Source: Phoronis australis (taxonomy: Eukaryota; Animalia; Phoronida). Taken from it: 64,000 nt of DNA. Positions 53,101 through 64,000 of the stretch are shown piece after piece. The stretch is from NCBI GenBank assembly GCA_002633005.1, contig NMRA01000347.1, positions 405,311 to 469,310 on the forward strand, in the 5' to 3' direction. A program made the position numbers and the translations under genes. Below the pieces are notes generated by a model. The model had not been told where the DNA came from. It saw nothing but the letters and a program-made list of their open reading frames with translations, and made no database searches. The first letter of the stretch is position 1. Every line of letters begins with the position of its first letter.

Positions 53101-56100
53101 TTAGTAATGAAGAGCGCCGGTGTAAATTTTGCAATCACATCCACTATCATAAAAATAAGAGCGTTTTTTCAGCAAGATTCATCGTAACGGTTTCAAATGT
53201 TGTTTATGCTGGACCTCTGCAGATGGTTTTTAGTCCTCTTTGCAGACCGTCTATTGTTGGACAGTTGCTGTAACTATGCAATACATATTGTTCTAACAAC
53301 AGAACATATTTTCACTCATCGTACACATAAACGTAGTGCGAAACGCTTACTTGATAGTTTGTCTGGGTTGTTGTAGTGAATTTCAAGCATTACAAAAGGA
53401 GAAAAGTTATGGCCACCAACAGGAGCGCCAGCCTCATCAGGATACACGAACGCCTGAAATGTGATAGCAAATTATTCACATCAGTCGACAACGTGGTTCA
53501 AAAAGTTCTTTTTCTGCGCCATATGTTTCCTTTATTATATGGTAACCTACAATCTTCACATTAGAATATGTCAGTTTTATCAGTGTTCACCCAAAGAATC
53601 TATTAATAATACACAAGAAATCTTACGGTCTCGTTTCTGAAAGTTCGACATTTCAGTGGACCTTATTGCTGTTAAATTTACTAAAAATGAATGTCGTTTT
53701 CTGTAATTGGCATTTGCTCTTAAGCCCTGCATCCCAGTATCTGTTTCACAAACAAATTTCCAACACTGTTTTCAGCATGATAAACTGTTGCAGTGCCTAG
53801 TGTCTTAGATGTTGTGCTGAGAGTAGATGTCGTGGGATTATGATCGAAAGGGCGATGGGCGGTGGCCTAGAATAGTTTTCAAAACAAAATGACGATTTTT
53901 TCGAATAGCTCCTGGCTTCGTTGAACTTACGGTGAAAAGTAACAGAAGAGAAACGGGCGCCTTGAAATAATGCTCAATTATATGTAAATCTGTACCACAA
54001 AAATTTAACATGAGGATTATGTCTTTGAAGACCTGTCCCATATACATACATGTACATGTATAAGTACGAAAATCATGAAACGACGCTGGTAAATGCTCAG
54101 CGAATAACAAACACTTTAAAAGCAACCAATATAGGGACTTCAATAGCTAAATACGTTTAATCTTTAGCAAAACTACGGTGTGAATGAGTTGCCCCTCTCC
54201 ATCTAATACCTCGGCTCCCATGGCCCAGGCGCCGATCACTTTCTTGCACGACTTCAGTCGCTGCGGTTTCGTCATAGCCATGCACAGTCCATTGTAGCGC
54301 GGAATCTCTGTCCCTACGGGCACCTCACAGTGAAACACCTCCATGTGGTGAACAAGGCCCTCACTGGCTTTCTCTATGTATGGCTCGAACTTGACGATGT
54401 GATGCTTGACCGGAAGTTGCGGTATCCTATGCGTACTACACCAATAGGTGGTCTCTGTAGCCGGAACGTGAACCTGAGGTAACAGTACGTATGCGATTGT
54501 GGACAACGAGTAATCTTATTTGTGTTAAGAATAAATGGGAACATAATATTTAGTGTCCACTGTAATTTTCTTGGCAATGATAGACCTGTGTTTGAAATGA
54601 AGGTGTCATGGCCGTAACCGTAGTAGGCCGTAACAGTTAAGCAACTGGCAAAATCAACAGTCAGAATGCCCACTCAGCAATCTACGCCTACTACAAGGAA
54701 TTTGTTATTTTCAAAAATTATGTATTTGCATAAACTATCTATCATATAGGTCTGTCCGTCGTGTCTGTCGGTTTGGCTGTCTGTCTGTTTTGCCTGTTTT
54801 TTCTGTTAGTTATACTTATGATTTATACGTGTATATCCATACTTAATGTCTGTAAAACACCATATTGGCCTTCTGTGTTCAAGTAAACAAATCATTTGTG
54901 AAACTGTGAAATCAGTAAAAATAACGACCGATGAATAAATACAGGTTACCTTGTTATGGCGTATTTCGAATGTTTTAACGTTCGAAGGTATGCTGGGAAC
55001 TGGTAAATTTGGCTTCAGCAACTGCGCCCTCTGGAGGCCAATAGACATCGATGAGATATTCAATCCTTCGATACTATACAGTTCACCTGCACCCCAGAAG
55101 AATATTATATGTGTGGTCCCATCCTGCAAAGACAACGGGATAACTGTGGGATTGCTGGAAATGGACAATGACCTCTGACCTTTTGGCTGGAGCTTAGTGT
55201 GTGAGCTCGAGCACAACAAGGTACACTAGTTCTCATTAGGAGCTCGAGAACGACAAGAGAGCCAAGTGTGCGGCCAACTATGTCGCACAATCTGGGTGAG
55301 AACTTCGTGGATGGTGTTGAATTCGAGCCATGTTTTTGCCAAGGTAACACGTCATCAACTCCTTTCGTCCAAATGCTAGGACAGACTTCCACGTTTTGGG
55401 AACGAGTTCTGTGTGACAGAACACTATAGGGGAAGCGCAACTGTTAAGGTGGTTTTATGAATCCGCCTTCTGAAACAAATGTCAGTTTTTGACCGATACA
55501 ACTTACCTAGTACATGAATGAACCTGGTATCAAATTGTCCCTGAGTGAAATTAAAGACGATTTCAGGACTTCGAAAAAATAGCTGCTGGTTGGGACAAGC
55601 TTTTACATTGTACAAGTTGGCTTGACACAGCAGTGGTGTGGTGGGGCGTAGGCGCACGTACATGTAGGCACAGCCAACCACCTTTTGGCATTTAAACGTA
55701 GCGCCTACGCACGGTAAGTTATGTTATAGGTCGAAATCAGTGCACTGGCTTTTAGTTTTCAAGGTAATACGGTGTACATTGGGAACCTACTTACCTCTAG
55801 TTTTACCACTACATTACTGGTAAAGCATGGGCTCAAATGAAAACTACCAGGTCTGTGCTAATCCCCAAATCACTTCTCATCCGAGAAAGGGCAAGCCAAG
55901 TTGACACCATTTTTAAAGTGGTAAATACTGTAGTTTAAATCAAAAGTTCGCTTTTTGGACCGAAAGCGAGTTTGTAGTCGCTTTCATATATATTCAAAAG
56001 GAAAGATGACGTGGCACTACTTTTGTCATAAACATTTTGAATAAAAATCGAAGAAACCTTTAATGAAATCGTGAAATTTATTTTTGCTCTGATTTAAATA

Positions 56101-59100
56101 CACTGTTCTTTCTGGTTTTGTCGAAACTTCTTCAAAGCCAGAGTCTGTTGCAGCCTAGACTATAGTACGTTGTCTATAATCTATGGTTGCAGCCTACTGG
56201 GAGACCAACTTAGCAGGATATAAAAGTTTGCCATAATGGAACTACTTGTCTCGTCTTGGGCCACGCACGCACATGAGCATAACTATAAACGTGCACAATT
56301 GGATCGAGCATGCTGTTTGTAAGTTCAATTAAAATAGACTACATCTAGGCTCTCTCGGCGTAAGTTATGGTACAAGTATATGCACCATTGTCCCCAATAA
56401 AGGTTTTCTGTGGCGATTCACCAAAAATGAAGGCAGTGTGTGATGTGACTCATCTGCGTATGAATGTGTGGTAGAGATATGCGTCTTACTTTTAGTTATT
56501 TCCTGTAAACCATATTGGACGAACATAGACCTTTAAATGACGGGAAAAGAGTCAATGATAGAATTAACACGAGAATTTTTAATCGACGTATAGAAATTAC
56601 AAACATTTCATTCATTTCGTCATACCAGTCACCACAGAATAGGAATGCCGAATGGACATGCCATCAGTGCGCTCTCAGTTCCATCTACATGTGGTTTTGA
56701 CAGCACGTCTTTGTTAAACTCTTCAATTTTCTGCTCAAGTGCATACAGAAGAATGAAATAATTAATATGATGGGTACACTATAAGACAGACGCAGTAGTG
56801 TTGAGCACTTCATGACAACCAATTTCAAAGAAATAAGGATAAAATAAGAATGAAGTGATTGTTTTAATAAAGCTAAAAGAAGACCTCTGAGATCCATTCG
56901 AACCGTGCTGCATCAAGAACGCATTCTTAACTCGTTTCATCTTGTGACGATCGCAAAATCGTATCAAAATATTCAATACTCGCTATTGTCTATGTCTGGA
57001 TATACAATGTCGTAAACTCTAAAATGACTGCGCTCCATATGACTTTAAAGCAGCGCGCCTTATGATCAAGCGATCAACAAAAACAAAATCAAGTAGTTCG
57101 CCTTATAACAGTGATGTCGTCATAGCCGATGAAACGACAATCACTTAAACGGAATATAAAACACAAATACATGTCTGTAAACAGATATCGAGAGCTGTTC
57201 CAATTCAATAAACTAGAAGACAGCATTCTTTAATTAAAGCTGATTAAACGCCGTTTTATCGTCGCTATTATTGATTAATCTTTTGACAATTGCCTCGCGG
57301 CACCGGAAGTTAGTCCCCGCAGCTTTGATGTTTAACTGACGTCGTTTCATTCACTGGCAATCATACAATACCTTTCGGTTATAGTATTCTAGGGAAAAAT
57401 GATGTAAAATGTACGCTTCCAACGACCCCCGTGCACTTGAGAGTTATTTTGTCTTGCCGATGCCTCATTGTCTGAACGGCTACCTCGATGAAAACAATTC
57501 AATGGCTAAATAATGCATGGTGCCATTAACTGTGAATATCTACAGCGGATATTAAAGCAATAATGAACGATTTGTGAAGAGTCACACGTAAGCTTGGTTA
57601 TTAATCTTGTTTGGCGAAATCCAACTCTCATATGGAATAAGGAAACACTAAATTAATCCTGCTCATGTCTTAATATGCTGTTGTCACTAGAATCAATTCA
57701 AAGACACTCTTCGGAAATATACCCTTTCACCCACCGCGCATGCGCACATGCAAACTCCGTGTCTTTGGAACTGATACCAAACCTGTTTCAGGTTATACGG
57801 TATGGACGGACACTAACAACGAGTAGATCATTTAAAATGTTTCAACGCACTGCAACCCATGTCAACTATCAATATTTGTAGCAGGTTCAAGCATTCCTCA
57901 CAAACGTCTACTAAATCGGTAAACGTTACTAACGTTTTTCATTGCAGTTGATAAATCGCCCCTTGTAAGTCACACAATTCCTTTTTAACCCAATAAGGTA
58001 TTGGTTAGCGAATCGCAACATTTCATCTCAAACCACACACTAGTTATGAGACAGCATGCGATGAAACCAATTTTGAGATTAAGATATCTTTAATCTAAAA
58101 CTTGAATTTTCAAATTTGATTAAGGAACAGCTGCTCGAGAGGACGAACTTCCGGTTTACTTCCTGAGTTAGTACCACGCCACAGCTGTAACAATACTAAC
58201 ATTTCTATGCAAATTTATTGTTCATTTGTTATAGTAGAAAAACCTTAACACTGCTCCTGTCATTGCTGGTTTTGTTTGTAGTATTGAAAACGATAGATGA
58301 GGAAAGAACTTCCACATTTTCTTTTTGGAAACTTTCATAGCTGCAAAAGTGTTGTTGAACAATAGTAGCATTTCTTACCTTTTCATTACCAATATTAAGT
58401 TGAATAAAGACGCCATCTTAACGTTCAAACCAAATGTCCTAAGTGTATGTGACATGTGACTCGTGTTATAGGCCTACCCAAATCCCGAAATATCACACTG
58501 CTGCAGTGATTCTCGGGTAGTTACCTACAATGCAACGCGTAGGGAGCTGGCACTTTTCTGACACGTTCCTTGCTGCTGCCCAACATAACATCATTTTGCA
58601 TCCAAATTAGTTACTAGTCATGAGGAAAATAAATTTGCCTTTTCAGTGTTGTCTACCGAATGTTGACATAAACTTTTTGACGAGTGGTGAACGATATATT
58701 TATTTTCTTTTTTGCCCGACGCTGCTCAGACTATTTGAAATCAGTTATACAATACACAATCTAATTTTTCCGCAACAGGAGACTTGATAAGAAAAGATGG
58801 GAACATTGTTTTAAAGCCACAATGAACCTACCTACAGCGGTCAAATCTCTCTACTTTTTAGACCACTTTCTCCCGTAAAATAAGTCTTGATTTGAATTTC
58901 ATTTAGTTAACACAAAAAATACAAGAAAAATGGAAGTAATTGAAAGTACAAGTGGAAACACGGAAAGCACAAAAGTCAGAGACTTGTTCCTTAGGGGTTA
59001 CGAAGAACTTCCGGACGATTGAGGGCCTGGGGGACACAGTAGTGATGGAGATTAAATGAAAAGGGTGAGACAACTTATGGGGTGTGATATGCATCAACAC

Positions 59101-59387
59101 AGTGTCAACTGTTTACGGATCCGGAAATCGCATCGAATTTTGAGTGATCAACTAGTTAGGACCAGATTAAAAACAGTGAGTGTTCTGAAGTAAAAAGTTA
59201 TGTTTTATCGTCAAGTTGGTTTGTACCAGTTTTAACTTACCTCAATTTTATAATCTTGATCGTCACACGTGTCAAAATGGCGAGCAAACACCAAGGACAC
59301 GTCACCTTTTCTTCTCCTGATATCCAATAATTCATAATTTTGCTCGTCATCGGTGTGTAAAATTCCTTCAGCGTCTGTCCAAGTGTC
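50178..59387 (-). CDS. DBH: Copper type II ascorbate-dependent monooxygenase of the dopamine/tyramine beta-hydroxylase clade; 5'-partial
   Basis: Exons: 59241-59387 (DOMON, ARHFDTCDDQDY); 54950-55123; ~54210-54473 ETTYWC...LVHHMEV...AWAMGA; ~53351-53453 MLEIHYNN; ~52880-53047; ~52362-52544 FASQLHAHL...HYSPHFQEIR; ~51588-51647; ~51237-51364 DEMCVNYIHYYP; ~50570-50722; 50178-50258. All CuH/CuM ligands are present. There is no C-terminal hydrophobic tail, unlike MOXD1. DBH vs TBH naming depends on the host phylum. Confidence 0.92.
51046..51103. repeat. Imperfect (TTA/TTG)n microsatellite in a DBH intron
   Basis: attattattgttattag...ttattattactgttactgttgttgttatta. Confidence 0.7.
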
Positions 59388-62300
59388 CTATGTAGAAAGT
59401 AACTCGTTTTGAAAACAAGGTTATTTAGGAAGGTACCGGGTCTTAGTACCGTTTGGGGCTAAACACTATGTGTGACCTTGAACTTGGTTGGTCCACCAAC
59501 CACCTTTTGGGCTTGGGCTGTTTGATTCCTGTGTATTGCGCCAACCAGCTGAAAGTTGGCAAAACAATTCAAAGAAAATATAATGAAAATCAAAAATTCC
59601 CACAAGCTCAATACCCCCTGTCAATAGTCACAAGTAATTGTTTCCTAAAAGGTAGATATTTGTGTTACGTCACCGGAGTGTTTAGTGATGAATTATATGT
59701 AAATGAATTGTTGTGTGGATGCATTCAAGTGTTCGACCTGGAGTCAACAGTCGAGAGCCAGTCGTGACGCTGTGTAAACGCGTATGGAAGATGTCTGGAC
59801 ACAGCCAAACGCTTAATAGGCTGATGGCTGAGTCTTGTAACAAAGTTGTGACCACAGGCTGGTGGTCGTCGAAGTCGGACGCTGACAATTTGCGTCCCAT
59901 TAAAACGGGCGATCTTGAGGGCTATCGTTAATTACGAAAATAAAAAATAACTTGTCATGTTGAGAAAACCTTTGTTGAATCCTTAATTTGGAAAACTTTG
60001 ACTTCCTTACTAATGAAAGAGAAATATTTCTAAATGAACATTGTCCGGAAAGGCTTGAACTAATGTTCGTTTTATCATGTTTAAAACATTATGAAACAAT
60101 ATTTTGGCCATTTTACCCAAAGTTCAGATAAAAACTTTCCACACTGTGTCAAACAATATACGCGACCTCTCCCCACTGTCGTTTATTAAATTGTCCGAAG
60201 TGTTCGCGCGTTTCCTTCTTAAGTAACATTTGTAAGTCTACTTGAAATTGACTCAAATTCCGGATTTAGTGTCCTTTTAAACGAAACAGTAAGGTTATCT
60301 TTAAAAAACGGAAAATTCTTGCGCACTGCCTTCGCTTAATTTCATTTCTAATAATCTAATACTCTTTTTGCCCAATCGTAAACGCCAACGTTGGAAAATA
60401 ACGTCACTCTGTTCTGCATTTAAACTGCCCACGATTTCAATCGAAGAAAATATTTCGGATTAATATCGTACTGTCACTCCTACTGCTGGAAAAGCACGTT
60501 GTTAGCCTCACCGTTGTAATGCGGAGTAGTGTCCGCTACTTGTACTGTACTTACAAGTAGCTGTATTATACTGAAGTTAATTGTTATGTAAACATCGGTG
60601 TTTACAAAGGTCAGATTATAAATGTATCGGGAAAAGTTCATAATTTAAACAATGACAGAAGTCTGGAAAAAGCCAATACTGACTGAATAGCAGTCCTGGT
60701 CTAGATCGGAGAATATTAAGAAATCTCTTAACGCTAAATACTTTAAATAAAGTCCTCGTGAAATGAATTTAATGCAAACCGGGAGTGAGCTCAATAGCCG
60801 TCTCGTGACGAGAAAAACTTGACCACAATTATGTGCTCTCATTAAAAATACATGGCAATGTCTTACGAAATCTCGCGAAGATTTGTTCTTCTTGCGAGGT
60901 CCTAGCGTTTCATACATGTAGCTCTACCCAGGGCTTGAAATTTCTTTTGTGTCCGTGATGACACAGAACGAAAGAATCAGAACGGTAATGCTCCCATCAA
61001 TAAATTATATTACGAGACCGATTTTGTGATTCACGAGCCAGTCAAACAGAGCGACAACGAATATGTCTCCAACGCTGTCTTTCTCTTATGGTCAAGCTTC
61101 GTTTAACGAATTTGCGCTCACGATATAAAATTTGAGTCATCCTACGAAGTGATCACGATCGTACAAACTTTCTGAACGCAAATACGTGCGGCAGAAATGA
61201 AACCTTGCTCTCGGTTGCATGAAACTTAGTTTCCCTAAATCTACTGAGTATTTGTGGACTTGTGAAATTCCGATTGTCCTTTCGTATGCTAATTAAGTGA
61301 ATTTTCGGCCTGGTTACAAATCTAGAGTGAACACAGCGTTGAAAATAAGTAGGAATCTTTTCATGCAACCTCCCCTAATTTAAGGAACGAGTCTTTAATT
61401 ATTTTGACTGAATTAAGGGTACGGTTATTAGTTACATTATAGGAAAACGTCGAGCTCATAATAAAGATAAAATTGTTACACCTGGTAGTAAAGATTGAAA
61501 CGAATATGCAAAAGATTTAGGATTACTTAGTTGAGTCCCTATTTGGAACCGATTCATACACCCGGGCACTGATATCTAAACCATAAGAGGTTGCGTAGTT
61601 GCTTTCGATACCCGTTCTTACAAGATGCTTTCCTACTTTTTTGATCTGAAAATACCAGTATGTGATAAATAAGCCTTCCGTCCCCTTTCTGGACCAAAGC
61701 GCACCGGTTTAGGTCAATTAATCAATCACTGTCCATCACTTTATACGATTGAAATTGCACATTTAATAGACAGACTTTGTGCTAATACTTTGGGTGCTAA
61801 GTCGCCTGATCAGTTCTTGAAATCAGTCATTCATAGCATTGTGTAAGTAAAGTTGTTTTCCTTGGCTCCATTGACCAGCAGGGGTTTACACACTCCGTTT
61901 GGTAGTTCGTTGAGTTCAGAGGATGTACACTGTATGTGGAGATAACTTCGAAGATACAAGAAAGACTGTACACGACTGTGATGGCTTACGAGCGCAACTT
62001 TCGCCGTTCGCTATCGAGAATTACAAACCGTTTGCTTCTGACCTCGAACACTTGTGCCTTCAAACATTTGTCTAGTGTTTTCGGGGACAATAGATGCCTC
62101 GAAAAGACGAGTAAATTAGACTCGTGGGCGTTTCCGCCATGATAAAACGAGCAAAATGGATTTTGTTTTGCCACGGGTCCGCCATTGTTTCAAATCTCGC
62201 ACTTCAAATTTGCTTAGGCAGCATTACTGACAAGCTGACATGAAATACCCCAAAATGCTCTGTGCGAGCATATGGCTTACGGACTTGTTACAGTGCCAAA

Positions 62301-64000
62301 CACAAAAGGCGGATGAAGTGGCGGTTGGCGAAGAATGTTTTGAACACACAAGGGTTTCTGATAACGCGTGTTTTGTTCGTTTAGAAACGTGGGCGCACTT
62401 AATTACTGGTAATGTTTGCGATGATGGGGAACATCCAATAGGGTTATGCAAGAATTGTTTAATAATATTTATGATATCAAACAAAAAATTCGATAACTGC
62501 ATTTGCTTTGGACACATTGTTATTTTACAATCTAGTCAATATTTGACGTGAACCCATTATTAGCAAAATTGTAAAACACCCAAACTCACTGGTGCCTTAA
62601 TCTCTGTCTATTCTTTTGAAATTGTCTGGTTTTTAAATCGCGTGCAGTTACGTTTTCGTAAGTGTTAATGGGATTGAGTTCGATCGCCTATTACATGTAT
62701 AAGTCTATGCATAATGTTGTGGTTTGACTCCATGAGTGGAAACCGGAAACACTGATAGCGGCACCTGTGGCCCGTTTCACATATGAAAAGTGACAAATTG
62801 TCTCAGACATGTTATCATACCTTCTTGTTTTGTTTTTACAAATAATTTCGTGTGCATTGGCTAAAACTTCGTACTTGGCTTTAAAGTTGATTCTTTAAGT
62901 TGTGTGTGTAATTTAAAGCCGTACAAACCATTTTCTGGTGTTTCAAGCACGAGCTCATGTCACAGGAGTAAATCTCGACCTTTCTTAATAGCTTCATTGG
63001 GGGTTTATCGTTTGCTTCGTATCAACCATTCACGCGAATTTATAGAGATAGTTTTGGACATGCATGAATTCATATAAAAATTGTAATAAGTTGTGATCAA
63101 CTGAAATTGCCAGTGCATAATAAATGTGTCTCAAAGGTAAGCAGTTGCAATATAAACGTGGTGTAACACTACAGGTCATCAATCCATACCATGTCACGTG
63201 ACAATTTTGGTTAAGCGTGTTTCTCAAAGGGCTAAACGAATGGATAGAGAACATGAAGTTGTTAGTTTTGACCAGAACTGCGAAACCATAAAATCCGTTG
63301 TGCTTTGGGGATTTCATTACCAATCGCCAATTCTCGCTGTTGTTTTCCAGGCATTTGTTAAAATTAATATCGTTTTTTTTTACAATTGAATACGTATTAA
63401 ATACACAGCTATATTTGGCTCTATGGTAAAATTGATGATTTTGGCAAAATAATTTTTTTCGTCGAGAATTTCTCTTTAAAGATACTACACTGCGTTTTAC
63501 TTGGTTTTGCAGGAAAAATTCTCATCAGTCGAGAGACGGGGGCCGTTTTATACTTTAAAGTTATAGCTGGTTACTATATCAGTGTTTTACTAGCTTAATT
63601 TTAGTATTTACGCACACGGAAGTGCAGTTTTAACAGGAAAAAAGATACAAGTTCGGCACTAGATATTGTTGATTCCATCGTCACCTAAACGAGTTTGGAG
63701 ATCAATTGACATACAATTTTCAAATGACGTTGCATCGCACGCAGTCTCCAGGACGCTTATTAGGTCAATGACACACCGTTCAATTTCAACTTGACATTCG
63801 GGAGTTGAATATTTAACTGAAAATCAACACTGTGACATTTCCTCTAATGAGATATGTTTTAAGCTAAATACTTTAAATCAACTTGTAACGCGAAATCTAT
63901 ACGGAGTTAAATTACGTTTAGTGGTACAGCTTCCGTGTAGTGCTTGAGTCGGCTGGAATAAAAATGACGCATTGTCCACCTTGCTTGGAAAGAAATCGAT

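Noticed and set aside
59400-64000. First (signal peptide / DOMON N-terminal) exon of DBH
   Set aside because: No convincing candidate was found among the ORFs here; it probably lies beyond the window.

Overview
This is intron-rich invertebrate (metazoan) genomic DNA, not prokaryotic, and most short ORFs in the track are exon fragments or noise. Four spliced genes can be rebuilt by hand. (1) A PNPLA6/7 (neuropathy target esterase / swiss cheese) gene on the minus strand runs from ATG 22363 off the left edge. (2) A complete 8-exon SET/TAF-I histone chaperone gene lies on the minus strand (24538-30235, 269 aa) and carries a textbook U12-type intron. (3) MSH4 lies on the plus strand (about 32688-49671, start codon not located) and includes two 13-nt microexons. 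(4) A dopamine/tyramine beta-hydroxylase gene lies on the minus strand (50178 to at least 59387, first exon not found). The human orthologues map to 9q34, 19p13 and 1p31, i.e. the MHC paralogon. The introns contain minimal hammerhead-ribozyme motifs (U3-A8 variant, Penelope-like), CAG-ended MITEs with 5-bp TSDs, a tRNA-derived SINE, decayed copies of PNPLA exons, and a candidate C/D-box element antisense to 18S rRNA. The palindrome TACATGTA is strongly enriched in the right half only. Three single-N joins each sit beside a duplication that is probably a haplotype or assembly artefact. I found no clear novel multi-gene system; the best leads are the ribozyme repeats, the exon echoes and the motif domain.
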